Numbered from the stretch's first letter, positions 22,323 through 36,991 are shown. The stretch is 64,000 nt of DNA from Mobula hypostoma (GCF_963921235.1 NC_086108.1:48300001-48364000); one strand, 5' to 3'. Numbers and translations are program-made. Notes: generated from the letters alone by a model not told the origin.

Positions 22323-23914
22323 GTTAGTGCAGCTCTTCCAATGTGAAAAGCTAACTGCTCCTGCTGGTTTGAATTTTAGCACATGTTATATTTTGTGTTG
22401 AGTTACTAAACTGAAAAACTGGTAAAGAGTCACATTCTCAGAGGCTGGTCATAAAAATGTGGTGCTGGTATTCAGCTTTCTCAGGGGATGATTCAAATCT
22501 GAGTTATCCAGTCATAGGTGGGATTTTGAACTTTACATTTCACACCAAAATATGATCTGCTTCAGGATTCAGACCATATCAGGATTATATAATTCCTTCT
22601 CCAAAATACATATGATAAACCAGTACTTAGATGAACCTAATTATTGACATCAGCCTTTTAATTCTAGATATGCTTAATTGACTGAACAAGGTGGGGTTTT
22701 AATTCATATCTTTGAGTCATTAGTCCAGGCCTCTGAATTTCTTATTCCATGACATAACCACTCTGTGACTACACTCTAAGCCTTTTAATTGTTAAGAATG
22801 GATAGAAGAGGAAATTTGCAATTCTCAAAATGCTTTCGACGCAGGGTCAAAATGCAAAAGAACACCATTAGTGAAAACAGGTTTTCCCACCCCCACCTCA
22901 GGCTAGCTGCAATGTTAATTTAGTTAAACTCTCATACTGCTAATCATACCCAGGAATTATAGAGTCACTGTATAAATACCTATTTACGAACAGAGTGTGT
23001 AGATAAAGTCTTATGATAAAGACACCTTGTACTGCATGGTGCAAGAAACCAGCTGTTGGCTATGAAGAGCAACTATCTCAACAACAAAACAGCTGGATAG
23101 ACTTACATTATCAAACATGATGTCTTACCAAACTAATGAGTTAATTGGGCTTCTCAGAGAGCCGTGAGCAGTTATGACTAGAGTTTGCAAATTCATGCCC
23201 TCAGCAAATGATTTATCCTGTTTTAATCATTTACTTTTTCAATGAAAGAATCAAATACATTCAATGAACAATTTTAATGAGAACTGAGTAAGAAAAATAC
23301 TGTTTGATTCATTCCTCTTTATCTAAGTGTTCATACACATGGATATTTGGAAGAATGCTGATCAATTCAACCTGAAATCACACATCAAGCTATTCTGCAG
23401 AATATTCAGTGAGCAATACACAGAAAAACTCCATGGTTCTGGGACACCAGTAAATGATTGGAACAATTATTTATGCTTCCCAGGGAAGGAGATGTTCAAG
23501 AGGTGCATTCCACCATCCCCCCCAAATATGTTGCTATGTTTTTGATTTCCTACCAGAAAAGATGATTGATGTTCAATACAAGCAGTGAGACATGAAAAAG
23601 TGTATTTAAATAATATCTAAATATTTGAATTATGCTCTCCAATGTACCATCCAGTACTTTCATAAAGTTGCAGTGGATAGCAGGAACTCCTGATAGCCTC
23701 TGGCATCTACCTCTTCATCAGAGGAAGGGGAATATGAAGCTTAAATGTCAGGAAATTTGCAATTGATGGTATAAATCAAAACATTGGTTTCTAACAAAAT
23801 AAATAGAATCCCAAGAGGGAGCTGAAGAACCCTTTTGTATAATGCACTGATGTATTATGATCTGGAATGCACTGCCTGAAAGCAATTTCAAAAGAGCAAT
23901 GTGTAAATCTCTTC

Positions 23915-24180
23915 AGAGTGATCTGAAGGTCGCTAGTTCGAACCTTGGCTGAGGCAGCGTGTGTGTCCTTGAGCAAGGCACTTAACCACACATTGCTCTG
24001 GGATGACACCGGTGCCAAGCTGTAAGGGTCCTAATGCCCTTCCCTTGGACAACATCAGTGGCGTAGAGAGGGGAGACTTGCAGCATGGGCAACTGCTGGT
24101 CTTCCATACAACCTTGCCCAGGCCTGCGCCTTGGAAACTCGCAAATCCGTGGTCTCATGAGAGTAACGGATGCCTATATA
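23915..24180 (+). mobile_element. tRNA-derived SINE (CORE-like central domain)
   Basis: B-box AGTTCGAACC, GTGTCCTTGAGCAAGGCACTTAACC core; 3' part shared with 41920-42090 and 50052-50335. Confidence 0.8.
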
Positions 24181-25229
24181 TAAATAAATACTTTAAAAGG
24201 GAAGGTTTGTGGGGCCATGGAAAAGGGCAATGAAGTTTAATTAAATGGCTAATGCTTTCAGAGGGCCCACACAACCATGAATAGCCTGTGGTAGGAGATC
24301 TTATAATGCAGTTTTGTCAACATTTCAGAGGCTTTTGCAATGTTCTGCTACAAAAAAAATCCCTCACAACAGTTGCAATTTATCTAACTTACAATTCTGA
24401 AGACCAGCACTTTCTCACATACTTATATGGCTCTGAGAATAGTTGACCCAACAGACAAAATCAGCCTCTCTTGGTCTTCACCCTATCACGGATACTTATT
24501 TTGTTTCTCCCACCCCTTCCCCTCCTCTGTCACATTGTATATACTGTATTATTCTCAAATTCTCACCTTTAGTTGTTCTGATAAGTTTTCAACATTGACC
24601 CTGTCACTTTCTCGCAGTTGCTATCTGACCTGTTGAGTATTCATGCTGTTTTCTCTCTATACTTTTAAAATATTTCAGTTCTACAAGAATGACGTATATT
24701 AATTATTAAAGATTATGCATTGATAATGCTTTGTTGATTAGAAGTATTTATATATCAAAAATGAAAAGCTGGCAAATTTAAAAGGAATTGAAAATGCTGT
24801 TGAATATAAGCAGTTAATTGACATTGGAATGAAAAAATTAGTTAACATTTCAAATGTTGTCTTTCATCACATTCAATCAAGAGCATTTCTGTTATTTTCT
24901 ATTTTTTGAGAAAGTAAGAAGTAAGAATGAATGGCATTCATGTTGATTATATATTGCAATAAATGACTGGATTTGCTAAGGACACCATAAGATGGAGCAA
25001 CAAACGTATGCTACCTATTGGCAGTTTAGTCAATCAGTCAAATACAAGGAAAAGTCATTGTGGTGCTACCTATAGTTAGTTCCTTAGTCACAAATTCCAT
25101 AGTTAAAGCATAGTGCACAGCGCAAGCATAATATCCCAAAATGTAGTTCCAATGCCTGGTGTTGTCCATGCTTCCCAAATTTGGAAAATGTGGAAAATTA
25201 ATCTTTGAGTGAGGATGAAGTTTCATCCT

Positions 25230-26420
25230 GGTCTGTTCCTGAATTGCCACACTTTTCCCATGGCTGAACTTGCCTTTTGGTGCTCAGTAGGCCAGGCACC
25301 CTGGATATTGAGGCTGTCGCTGCAGAGCAGAGTGGGCCATGAAGAGTGGTGGGGAAGACTTGTGCCCGTGATGGAGCTGGCTGAGTCTATAACCCTCTAC
25401 AGTCTCCTGCAATCCAGTGTTTTGGAGGCTCTGTACTATGCCGTGATGCAACCCAGTCACCACTGTTTCTCTGTAGAAAGATGTAAGTCTTTGGTGACAT
25501 ACTAAAGCTGGACAAAAGCCTCATGAAGTAGAGGTGCCATCTTTGTGATTGCATTAATATGTTTGGGCCAGGATAGATCCTCTGAGATGTTGATGCCCAG
25601 GAACTTGAAGCTGTTCGCCTTTTCCACCGCTGTCCCTGCAGTGAGCATTGGTATGTGTTCTCCTCAGACTGCCCATTTCTGAAGTCCACAGTCAGTTCTT
25701 TTTGTCTTGCTGACATTGAATGCAATGTTGTTGTGATACCATTCAATCAGATGATCTATCACATTCCTGTCAACCTCCTCATTGGCACCTGGGATTCCAC
25801 CAATAACAGATGACATTTCAGCTGTGCTTAGTCTCACAGTCCTGAGTGTAGAGACAGTTGAGCAGTGGGATAAGCATACATCCTTGAGATGCACCAACGT
25901 TGACAGCCAACGAGGTGTTATTACCTTTCCCCACTGTCTATGGTCTACCAATAAGGAAGTTGAAGATCCAGCTACAGAGGGAGGTACAAATGACCCAGGT
26001 TATTAAGCTTGGTTATGAGAACTGAGGGAATGATATTGTTGAAAGCCAAACTGTAATCAGGGAAAAATAGTCTGATATGTAGTATGTCTTGCTGGTGTCT
26101 CAGTGCTCCGAAGCAGAGTGGAGAGCCAGTAAGAATGCACCCATTACAGACCTGTTGCAGTGGTCGGCAAATTGCAGCAGGTCCAGGTCCTTGCTCAGGC
26201 TGGAGTTAATTCGAGCTTCAACCAACCTCTTGAATCACTTCATACAGTAGATAGGAGTGCTAATGGGCAACAGTCTTTGAGGCAGTTCACCCTACTCTTC
26301 TTGGGCATTGAACGATTGCTGCCCTTTTGATGCTGTGGGCCCTCAGAACCATGGCAGCAAAAGGTTGAAGATATTTTTGAATATTCCAGCCGGTTGGTCA
26401 GCACAGGTTTTCAGTACCCA
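25230..26420 (-). mobile_element. Decayed Rex1/Babar-type LINE RT fragment
   Basis: Minus-strand [13 protein letters not shown] and related motifs homologous to 3600-4700. Confidence 0.75.
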
Positions 26421-27664
26421 GTTGTATTATGAGATTAATGTATGTAAATTCATATTCACGTGTGTTTGAAAATTGAGGAATTGCTTCCTCTAACATATAA
26501 TTGATATAACCACCTTGGGAAATTGTACACGTTAGATAAAGTTCATAATACTAGAATATTTATGTCTTATTAGAGGGACTAGATTGACAGGTAGGTATAA
26601 TGTTCTTGTGTTATTTGAATAACTCTTTGCCCTTGCATGTAGATGTTCTTAGTTGTGCAACTATGCTAGGTGAATGAATGTTTGAATATAGAGAAATCAA
26701 CATCGGTTGGTGGGTATCCAGTCTGGGCTCCAGACGAGTTTGAGGATGGCTGTTTACAACCTAACTGGGACATTCTCTTTCCAGTTCATAATTAATGCAA
26801 AGCTACAACTTAACATTCAGCATCAAATTAAGTATAATTGATCAGAAACCAGCACTACGTTTGTATTGTGAGGACTTGAGGTTTATTGTTGTAGGCAACT
26901 GAAGTGAAGGGTGTTTTTCTAAAGTTAAGGTTAAGTACCCAATTATAGCAAGTTTATTACTCTGTGATTAAGACAAAAATTACTTGCATTTGAAAATTGT
27001 CTCTTGAAAGTTTCAATTAGACAATTTAATGCCTAACTTACCCAAGGTCCAAGTGCGAAGTACAGTTAGATGTAAAAATATGAAATATTTACAGTTTAAC
27101 CACTGTTCATCATCAAATGAATGAACAACCTTTACTTTTCAAACAGAGGTAATCATATTATAGCACAGGTTGATAGTGAACATTTACAGACAGTGAAATG
27201 ATGAGGTATCTGACAGTGATAATGTGAGAGAACCATAATCACCTGGACAATCATTGTAATACAACTCACAGCAAACTGAGTCATTGACTATCCAGTCAAT
27301 GTGCTTTGACGACTGATAAACTGTCTGCTCTGGGAGCTCTGTTAAATTTATGAAATTCATTCAATGGAATATTCTGAAATCTCTCCCAGTTTACTCAATG
27401 GTGCTGAAGTCTGTGCCTTGGCTTTATTTGAGATCAGCTAACTTATTAACTCAGTCCTTCTTGATATGAATCAGTTTCATGTCATTTGGTCACATTGCCT
27501 GCTGAATTTTGCTGTTTAAACTTAAATTTGCAGCCCCAGTCTTAAAATCTGCCAGAATGTTTTCTATTACTTGAGTTATCTAAGTATTTAGAAACTATAG
27601 AAGCATTTCTTTCAACTGTTCAATTATTATATTTATGCTGTTGTTTTCATTTTCATTCCAAAAG

Positions 27665-27943
27665 TTGCACCAACCATTAAAGGAGGTAATACCACAACTG
27701 ACCTGACTGTTCTGCTAAATAACCCCATCCTCCTGGAATGTGAAGCTCGTGGTATTCCCCTGCCTGCCATAACATGGTACAGAGCCAATCGGCCAATCAT
27801 CTCCAGTCCGCAAGCTACGTATATAGACAGAGGGCACTTCCTTCAAATACCTCGGGCCCATATGTCAGATGCTGGTCAATACACTTGTCGTGTCACCAGT
27901 GTCGCTGGAACTGCTGAAAAGCTGTATGAGCTGGATGTGTATG
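27665..27943 (+). CDS. HMCN1: Hemicentin-1 exon 5, complete Ig domain C
   Basis: AG 27663-27664, GTaata 27944. (V)APTIKGGNTTTDLTVLLNNPILLECEARGIPLPAITWY...DAGQYTCRVTSVAGTAEKLYELDVY. 279 nt, phase 1-1. Confidence 0.95.
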
Positions 27944-29291
27944 GTAATAATTCTACTTTTATTCACATTTCCTTTCCTATTTTTATATCCATTTTGGAAC
28001 ATCTTATTTTCTGTTAAGGGAAGTAACAAAACACTCTTTTGTTTTTCTAAAGGCAATTTTGGCCTGCATTTTTATGATAAAATTTGTGGGTTATTTTGGT
28101 ATTTGGCAGTAGATTTAAAGCATCTCCCTCTCCCACCACACAAAAGAATCCTGAATATGGATAATCTCAATTGATGCTGTTTTGCCAGCTTCTCAAACAA
28201 TCATTTTCACACCCATTTATAGAACCTTCGTGAGTCAAGGCATGTTTGGAGGTGATTTACTGTGGACGTTCCCGTTCACTCAGTGTTGACTAGTTTATCA
28301 GCACTGACACCCATAAGAAATTCTGACTTTTCTTGCAGTTTAACTAATCCCTAAGAAGAGAAAGTACAAAGAATATCTTTTTTCTTGTTATATGGAAAGA
28401 AGTGATATTTGGACTGCAGTAGGCTGAATATGTGGTTAATTTAAAAGTCTAAGATAATTAGAAACTCTGCTGAAACAAATTAAATACAAGAAGAGGAATT
28501 AGTCAGATCAAAATGAAATTCTGTTCCTTGACTGTCACTGGTCCTTATTTTCCCAGTGGTGGTGATTCTTTGTAGTTTAGGAATTAATTGATGACATAAT
28601 GTCTCCAGCATTGGGCATTAGTTTTTGCCTGAATCTATAAGTGGAAGCAACTTGCTCATCAAAGGAAGCCAGCAGAGAAAAAAAGCTGCTCTATTCTCAG
28701 TAAATTTATATTTACTTTGCCCCTTTCTCAACAAAGCAAGATTAAATAGGCATTCATCACCCTGCTATTTTTAGGTTTTTGTATTGAGATGGGCTGTTAG
28801 CTTTGACTATAAAACCACATAGGCAGGAAAGTGTTAGGATGAACTGAGCATATGAGGATTTTATACAAGGACAAGTTGCTTCTTTCAGAAGTGCAACATT
28901 ATATCACAGCTGAAATGTACTTGATTGACTTTTTATGCCCAGAGAATGAGATGAGGGAAGAATTGATCTTTTTGGTTTACTGCTCTTTGAGGAAGCAATC
29001 TTTGTTCAGATCCTGGGTAAAGTCTCAGTTCTACTCCTAATAATCAATTTCCCAGAACCAATCAAATAAAGGACTCCTGCAAATTTCTTACCTCTCATAT
29101 ATGAGAAGCATAAGTCAAGTCATAAAGTCACAGCTAACATGAATTTCTATAGCAGAAATGCTTCACTGTGCTTTAGTGTTCAGATCAATGATTCTAATCC
29201 CCAACAAAAGGCCATACACAACTTTCTAATAAAACATTTTTCTTATATATTTAAGAAGACTAATCTATTCTGATTACATTTCTTTTTCCAG

Positions 29292-29573
29292 TTCCTCCTA
29301 ATGTTGAAGGACAGCTTGAAACTCCCCAGCTCAAGAAGGTCATTACTAATAACATGGTGGTTCTGCATTGTGAAGCATCTGGCCACCCACCTCCAGTTCT
29401 TACGTGGCTGAAGGATGGGGTACCTGTGAAAGCAAGTAACAACACTCGTATCCTGCAGGGAGGCAGGACATTAGAGATTCTCAGTGTAGCCGTGTCAAAT
29501 GCCGGTGGCTACACGTGTGTAGCAAGCAGCATTGCTGGTGAAAGCCAAATAAAGTACACCCTAGATGTTCTAG
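29292..29573 (+). CDS. HMCN1: Hemicentin-1 exon 6, complete Ig domain D
   Basis: ttttccAG acceptor, GTaagg 29574. (V)PPNVEGQLETPQLKKVITNNMVVLHCEASGHPPPVLTWLKDGVPVKASNN...YTCVASSIAGESQIKYTLDVL. 282 nt, phase 1-1. Confidence 0.95.
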
Positions 29574-30570
29574 GTAAGGTATTAAAAAACATGAGTTATT
29601 CCTGTAAATTCACAATTGCAAAAGGATAGTATTTGTTAAGATCAGAGATGAGAGTAGATCTCCAGCACTGATTTGCCTAATGAGCTTGAAGATCACTGAA
29701 TGAGCTTGAAGGTAACTATCAGATTACATTCAGACAATCTGATGGATGAAGTGCTTTTTCTTGGTCTGTCACCTCACTCACATTGAATGCTCCCAATATG
29801 TCTAAATGCTAAGGCAAAAATTTGTTCATATTCAGCCTTTGCTACACTCATTAAACCAGGTTTTGTTTACTTTAATCCTTGTTTATGAACTCCATTGTTT
29901 AAGTGAAACTTCTCCAAGCAGGCATAAAGACTTGAATTACTCCCATTGGACCGATTTCTGTCTGAAAAGTGTAAAACCTTTCTTGGTCCATACATTTCAG
30001 AATAAAGTGGCAAAACTGGTACACAAATGCAAACATATCATTTTTTCTGTTACTCATGCAGAGAATATTTCAGCAAGAGAATGCTTCTATACTTCTCCGT
30101 TTTTTCTTTATGACTTGATTCGATAATTACAAAGGATATTGTAATGTATGGATCTATTTTTTGAGAGCAGTGATTCCCTTTAGCACTACTTATGGACTGA
30201 TAACTTACCTGTTTGCATTGATTTGTGTTTTCTGCGCATGCACGTCCTGCAGCCCGCTCTCTCCTTCTCTCTGCAATGTGAATGCCTTTATTTAATTGAT
30301 ATGTAGATGCCCAGATACAACAGATATGATGTCATTTGAAGATAGTTCCACATTTATTCACCTAATGGGCCCATAATTTTCACAGAAGTTAAAGCAAGTG
30401 GCAGTGGTTGTTTCCTGGAGCATGCAGGTATATTTGTACTTTGAAATGTTTGGCATTGTTCAGCAGAATGTAGCTGATTGCCCGAAGTGCCCAAGAACCA
30501 ATAGATTGGTAATTGTGCAATATGTAAGCAATTACTTGCGCTAGTACTTGCACAGCTTACCTTTCTGCAG

Positions 30571-30679
30571 TGCCTCCAGCCATTGAAGGGAATGAAGAAG
30601 CCTCCAATGCCTCAGTAATTGTCCATAATCCTCTGGAACTTGAGTGTAATGCAGCTGGAAGCCCTCCTCCAAATATCAT
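30571..30679 (+). CDS. HMCN1: Hemicentin-1 exon 7, N-part of Ig domain E
   Basis: ctttctgcAG acceptor, GTgagt 30680. (V)PPAIEGNEEASNASVIVHNPLELECNAAGSPPPNI(M). Phase 1-2. Confidence 0.93.
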
Positions 30680-31831
30680 GTGAGTAAGTCATTGCAAATG
30701 CCTCGATCACAAAATAAACAAACGGAAGTAGTAGCGATAAGATCCTTAAAAAGAACCCCTCACCATGAGGCAAACAACTAGCAACATCAGTTAATATTTT
30801 TAATATGTTCATGTTCTTTATTCCATTTCTATTGTTGTCTTTCTGAATATCCATCCTTTCATAACAGGATAAGTGGAGGTGATGGCTTACAGGGCTAACC
30901 TGACGGGTGATCCCTGGATAAAATACCCTATAGGTTTCAGCGCTCAGTGCGGTGGTAGGAGAGGTATTTTAGGTCCCGGTAGGGTTGTCTCTTCATCGTA
31001 TTTTCTGGACCCTGCATGACATGTGGAAGTGAATCCAGTCTGAAATAGATAAGTGCATTGTATGCAATGTTAATTGTACAGAGTGACATTCCACTCATTT
31101 TTCAAGGGCTCTACCAGTTATGTGCTTGTTTGAATTTCCAAGGCTGCTCCTTCATTTGTAACATATTTCCAGGGGCAACCATATAAAAAAACACAGTATT
31201 ATATATCAGAATCCTTAACTGAAGTAAAGCAGTAGTGTAAAAGTAGAGACCCTTTGACTGTGGTAAATGACATCTGACACCATGACCAGAGCCAGCACAG
31301 AAGTCTCTTGGTAGAACTACTTTAATTGTTAACCCAACAACAGGAATGCATGTGATTATCAAGGAAAACTTCATCTAAAAATTTCTACACACACTGGCTG
31401 TTGCAACCTTTTAAGAACCTTGAAGAAATTTTAGGCCCTCAACTGCTCAAAAAGTTTCCTAATTGTACTTAATAAAAGGCTGTGTCTTGAAAATAGGCTG
31501 AGCAGTTCACAATAATAACAAAATAAAGAGAATGTTGGAAATGTTCATTAAAACAGATGATACTCAGAGGGGAGAATAGAAATACATTTTGGGTTGGTGA
31601 CCTTGACATGGAATTAAGAAAAGTCGAACTTACATTTTGGAGAAGTTAAATGTTGATGAAAATTGGTCTTTAAAATTCATTAGCCTGCAGAAATTACTGT
31701 TTAAAATGAATGATATATTTTCTCAGCTTACGATTATTAAGAAATGCATTGATCCTCTGCGCATTTACAATGAACAACTTGAAACTGCAACTATTTGAAT
31801 CTTGTTGATTTAAAAATACATTATGTTTTAG

Positions 31832-32001
31832 GTGGATGAAAGATGGGCAACCAATTAAAAGTGCAGCTGGTGTTCAAATTACAGCCAATGGCCAGAAGTT
31901 GATCATCTCCCAAGCCCAGATCACTGACACAGGCAGATACCAGTGTGTAGCTACCAATGAAGCAGGCAGTCAGCAGCGAGAATTTAATGTTGTTGTTCAA
32001 G
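31832..32001 (+). CDS. HMCN1: Hemicentin-1 exon 8, C-part of Ig domain E
   Basis: ttttAG acceptor, GTaacc 32002. WMKDGQPIKSAAGVQITANGQKLIISQAQITDTGRYQCVATNEAGSQQREFNVVVQ. Phase 2-1. Confidence 0.93.
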
Positions 32002-32327
32002 GTAACCCCTGAATGTCAAGAACAGAGTTTCAAATTCTGTTCTGAATTTTTGTTTTATGACTCTGTTTGCCTTAATTAACATCAATTAGAAGCCATGTTT
32101 TTAAAATTTTCTAAATACTATTCAACTGGCATTCCCTCATTAAAGAAATAACTTATAAGGTAATTCCTTCTGTAATGATTGTCCATTGTTTATTGTCCAT
32201 TCATTGTTCCACTCTTCTGATTTAGGATTCACTAAGTTAGCTTTATGTCAGAAATTGACAGCTAAAAATTATGTATATTACTGTGTAACTGGAATAAAAT
32301 ATGCTTTTTCTCCCCAATTCAATACAG

Positions 32328-32482
32328 TTTCCCCAACAATTAGATCAACAGGCCCTTTGGAAAGATCAGTTGTGGTTCATAAAACAGTGATCCTGCAGTG
32401 TGTAGCTAATGGCATTCCACACCCTACCATTACATGGCTTAAAGATGGGAGGCCGGTAAACACTGCAAGAGGAAACATCAAG
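32328..32482 (+). CDS. HMCN1: Hemicentin-1 exon 9, N-half of Ig domain F
   Basis: cAG 32326-32327, AAG|GTttgt donor. (V)SPTIRSTGPLERSVVVHKTVILQCVANGIPHPTITWLKDGRPVNTARGNIK, matching recalled human VPPTIKSSGLSERVVVKYKPVALQCIANGIPNPSITWLKDDQPVNTAQGNLK. Phase 1-0. Confidence 0.95.
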
Positions 32483-33995
32483 GTTTGTTCACTCAGTAAA
32501 TAAAAACACATTAAATAGTGTAAAATATTTTAGCTGTTACCTGTAATTTTATGTTGCTAGTGATACGTGGTCAAGAAATTATAGAGATAGCTCTTTCCAA
32601 AGGAAATATATCCCAAGGAGACAGTAATACATTGTTCTCAATTTTAGGTGCATTTCATCAGAATCACAACACTGCTAATGGTGCAGCAGTGTCTCACCAG
32701 AGTGGTAGTCTATGATATCTCTGGAATGAATGAGAACACCATTGTTAACATTCCTAGGGGTGGTGAGTGGGGTGATAGTGCAGTGACTCATTTCATCTCC
32801 AAAAGTGGACCCTAACTTAATTACAATTAATAAGAGGTCTGACAAAGGTCCTTCAATGTAAAACTATAACTCTTCTTTCTAAGGACACTGCCTGACTTGC
32901 AGATTAGCAGATTTTCTCCTTTGCTGTTAAATATGACTCCAACCCTGACACAATGTGCTTCAAGTCTGATTTACACTGTACAACCTATTTGGAACCTATT
33001 CATTGACTTACTCTATCTTGTTTCTATAAACATTTTTTCCAGAAATGTCAGTGATACTTCATCCTAAATGTTGAAGATCAGACCTTTCAGCAATTAGGTG
33101 GAAGCAGACAGCAACTGTGGTTATGTGAAGGAAAAAAACAATCTATGCATCACACCAACCTCTTACAAATACATTTCTTCCCGTGCCTTAGTTGCTGCCG
33201 TCCTACACCATATTCATTTTTGCAGCTTGCTGTTCTGCAAGACTACTTTATTGACTCAAACATCGGCAGCTGGGATGCATCAACACAGGGATTTTATTTC
33301 AATCATTCTGAAGAATAAAAAGCAGCAAGGCCAGCATGGAGAGGCCACTTACACACAAGTGTTTCTCCCTTCTATTGCTGTCCCTTGCTGCTTAAAATGG
33401 GTATGTCAGCCCAGCCTCTCAAGATAGTGTTTCCCAATTCTGTATCTCCTGCACTATTGTCTCTTGTAATTTATCCATTAATCTAAACAGGATGCTTGAA
33501 ATCTTTCCCTTGCATTGCCACCCTTTCTTCATAACTTCTCTATGACACACAATCTCCTCCTCGCTCCTCCCCTGTGCTCACTTGGTGCCATGTATCCTAC
33601 TGTCAAAAAATTTATAAAAATTTAAACCAGATCGTTCCTTCCTTCCTTCTTACACATCAGAGCAGCTGCTAAACAGTAACCATAGAAATAAAGTTGGTAC
33701 AGTACAGGAGTACATCAGAGGTTGCTCCGACTACAGCAAGTATCTCACCTTCCAGCTGAGGTCAGCAATTTTAGCTCCATTGAACTGGAAAAGCATAAAA
33801 TCAAGCAGGTGTAAAGATTAAATTTACATAAAAACTATATTTGTAAATTTTCCATTCCAAAGTTTTATGTCAGATTAGAATGCGGGGTTAAAAGAGATTT
33901 TAAAATGAGTATTGGGGATCAGATCGCTGTTTTGAACTCAACAAGCAGCGCGGGTAGGTGATTGGTAACATTACGTGATATTACTGTGTTTGTAG

Positions 33996-34119
33996 CTGGA
34001 GTATACGGGTCACAAGCTGCAGATTATGAACGCTCTGCTGGAAGATGCAGGCCAGTATAACTGTGTGGCCACAAACACAGCTGGAGAAGCCCAGCAGCAC
34101 ATCAGACTCAATGTGCATG
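33996..34119 (+). CDS. HMCN1: Hemicentin-1 exon 10, C-half of Ig domain F
   Basis: tttgtAG acceptor, GTaaga 34120. LEYTGHKLQIMNALLEDAGQYNCVATNTAGEAQQHIRLNVH. Phase 0-1. Confidence 0.93.
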
Positions 34120-36084
34120 GTAAGAAATACATAATTACTATGTATGCCAACTCCATTCTCCTTCCAAAGTTCACATTATCAAAGTGTGTATGCAGTATAC
34201 AACTCTGAGGTTTGCTTTTTCCAGATAGCCACAAAACAAAGAGAAGCATAGAAGAGAAACAACAAACCCACCCTCTGTACAAAAACAGAAAGGCAACATG
34301 CTCAGCAACCCATAAAAGCCCCTCTTCCGCACAAAGAAACTAACAAAACGGAACAAGGACATCAATCCCCAAACCCTCTCCTCCTGCACAAAAAAATGAG
34401 AAAGAACAAATGAAAACGTAGAATATAAAAACCCTAAGACTAAAAATGTCTATAGCTGTCAAAAGGGAAAGCATAATGTTACATTGCCACATTCTTCAAA
34501 GATTTTGTTGCCAAAAAGAAAACTAAAGAGCGATCAAAATTTGTTTGAGTTGTTTGGGTATGTGTGCTTATCACTTCCTCTCATGATAATGATCAAGTGA
34601 CTCCACCAGTGTCTTCCAGATGGTGCACTTGCTCAATGTTCCTTTTATTTGTGGAACTGCTTTCTACCCCATCGCTCTCCCCTCAGAGAACCCACTCTTC
34701 ACCTCCCTGCCTGTGCAAGTGACCAGCCCAGGTCCTGCTTTAGTTTTCCTTTCCAAGACCCTTGAAGGTAATTGTTACCTCCTCGACTTGGGCTCTCAAC
34801 CATGTTTCACCCTCACCAATCAGGTTTCTTTCCCTGCTGACCATGATAGAAGCAGTCTGTATCAAAGTCACAAAAATGTCATGGACTGGTTATCCAGATA
34901 AAAGTTTGTCCCTCCATATTCAACTCAGCCTGCTTGCAGACGGTAGTATAGTTGGCCATGACTTTTCTTGATCCATCTGGATGTGATTGTTCTCTCCTAC
35001 CTCAAGCATCATTTAAACTGTAGCAAGAGTATCTGCTGGTATGGGTCATCTTAAAATATATCCCATGGATTGAAAGTTTTCTCTTGTTCTTCAACTTATT
35101 AAATGTGCGGTGCTGTTGGTTGCTGCTACAACAAGATACCGTGCAGAAGAAATTCATCCTTTCTTATATAAGCACTTGACATGCAATGTATTGATATTTG
35201 TGCATTATCTCAGCTTTTAACTATTAATTGAATGCATTTCAGTGGAAATATATTAAATACATTTCAAAAGTGGAGTTAAGCTTGCACATTCCAGGAATCT
35301 GGCCATGGGTAAGTGAAATCAAAGACTGTCAGGCAATTCAGTGAGAGGAGGGTAGTAGTTCTTAAAGATTAAGTGGTTCGGTGCATTCTCATCCGGGAAG
35401 GACGTAGATCCGCAAAATCCAAAGCTCTCTGTATGATGAAAGAGAAACATTAAAATACAGCAAAAGAAAGTTCTGATAAAGGGTTTTCAAACTGAATAGC
35501 TAACAGTCTTTCTCTTTTCACAGATACTGCCTGACCAACTGAGTTTTTTATGTTTTTATGTCAAATTTCCAGAAATTGATGTTTTTTTGATTTTCAGATG
35601 TCAAATGCCAGACAAGACATACAAGAAACTAGCTGAATAGAGAAAGATCAGAAGTATTGTAAACTAAGCGTTGCAGAGAGATAATGAATGAGCTGATGTC
35701 TAACTTACTTGGAAAATAAGTCCTATTGATAACAAACAGGTAACAGGATGAGAGAAAGGAAGATGATTAGGGACCAAAAAAGAGATTAATGCATGGAGAG
35801 AAAGTGGATGGCAAAGGTAGCAAATGAAGTCAATACTGCCGAAGTCAGAATAAAAGGGAAGATAATTAAATATTGGATAGCTAAACATTGATAAAGTCTG
35901 GCAGTGTGTCTGGATGGGAAATAAGATTCAAAATTTTACTTATTGCAATTGTTTTCAGACTCTAGAATGATGACAAGAAACTAGAAGATGGCAGAAATTG
36001 TTTTAAAATAAAATGTATATCAAGATGGATTAACAAACACATTTCAATCAGTTTAACTTGGTAGTGATAATAAATTAGTTGGAA

Positions 36085-36310
36085 TTGATTAATTTATTGA
36101 GATAGCGTGTAATGTAGGCCCTTCTGGCCCTTCAAGCCACGTTGCCCAGCCACCGTCGATTTAATCCGAGCCTAATCACGGGACAACTTACAATGACCAA
36201 CTAATCTACCAACCGGTATGTCTTTGGACTGTGGGAGGAAACTGGAGCACCCGAAGGAAACACATGTGGTCACGGGGAGAATGTACAAATTCCTTACAGG
36301 CAGCTGCAGG
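36085..36310 (-). mobile_element. V-SINE (HE1-like)
   Basis: GTCTTTGGACTGTGGGAGGAAACTGGAGCACCCGAAGGAAAC is the reverse complement of the V-domain. Confidence 0.8.
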
Positions 36311-36424
36311 AATTGTCATTTGGATAATTATGGATTAATAAAAGAAAACTAGTAATGATTTGGTAAAAGTCACCCATAAATAAATTGGTTGAGGCAATTC
36401 ATGAGGCAAAGTGGTCAATACATA

Positions 36425-36991
36425 TGCACAGTGGCCACTTTATTAGGTACAGGAGTGTACCTGGTAAGGTGTAAAGTGGCCCCAGAAGTGGAGCCTGGTA
36501 TGATCTTCTGCTGCTGTAGCCAATCGCTTCAAGGTCTGATGTGTTATACGTTCAGAGATTCTCTTCTGCACACCACTGTTGTAACAACGTGGTTATTTAA
36601 GATACTGTCACCTTCCTGTCAGCTTGAACCAATGTGGCCATTCTCCTCGCTCCTATTTCATTAACGAAGTGTTTTTAACCTATAGAACTGCTGCTCAGTG
36701 TTTTTTTTTGTTTTTTTTTGCACCATTATTTGTAAATTCTAGAAACTGTTGTACACAAAAATCCCAGGAGGTCAGCAGTTTCTGAGATACTTAAACCATC
36801 CCATCTGGCAATAACAAGCGTTCCATGGTCAAAGTTACTTAGATCTTATTTCTTCACTGTTCTAATGTTTTGTCTGAACAATAACTGAACCTCTTGATCA
36901 TGGTTTTATGCACTGAGTTGCTGCCACATGATTGGCTGACTAGATATTTGCATTAGTGTGCAGGTGTACCTGATAAAGTAACCAGTGAGTG
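36425..36991. mobile_element. Non-autonomous Tc1-like element
   Basis: TIRs CAGTGGCCACTTTATTAGGTAC ... GTACCTGATAAAGTAACCAGTGAGTG|TA; TA flanks. Confidence 0.75.

Noticed and set aside
23925..23950. tRNA genes at the B-box motifs (also 50070-50095)
   Set aside because: No complete cloverleaf; they are SINE heads continuing into CORE-like sequence.
26700..26840. Short open frame GGYPVWAPDEFEDGCLQPNWDILF.. as a possible extra exon
   Set aside because: No Ig motif, no convincing splice sites, and exons 4 and 5 already join in frame.
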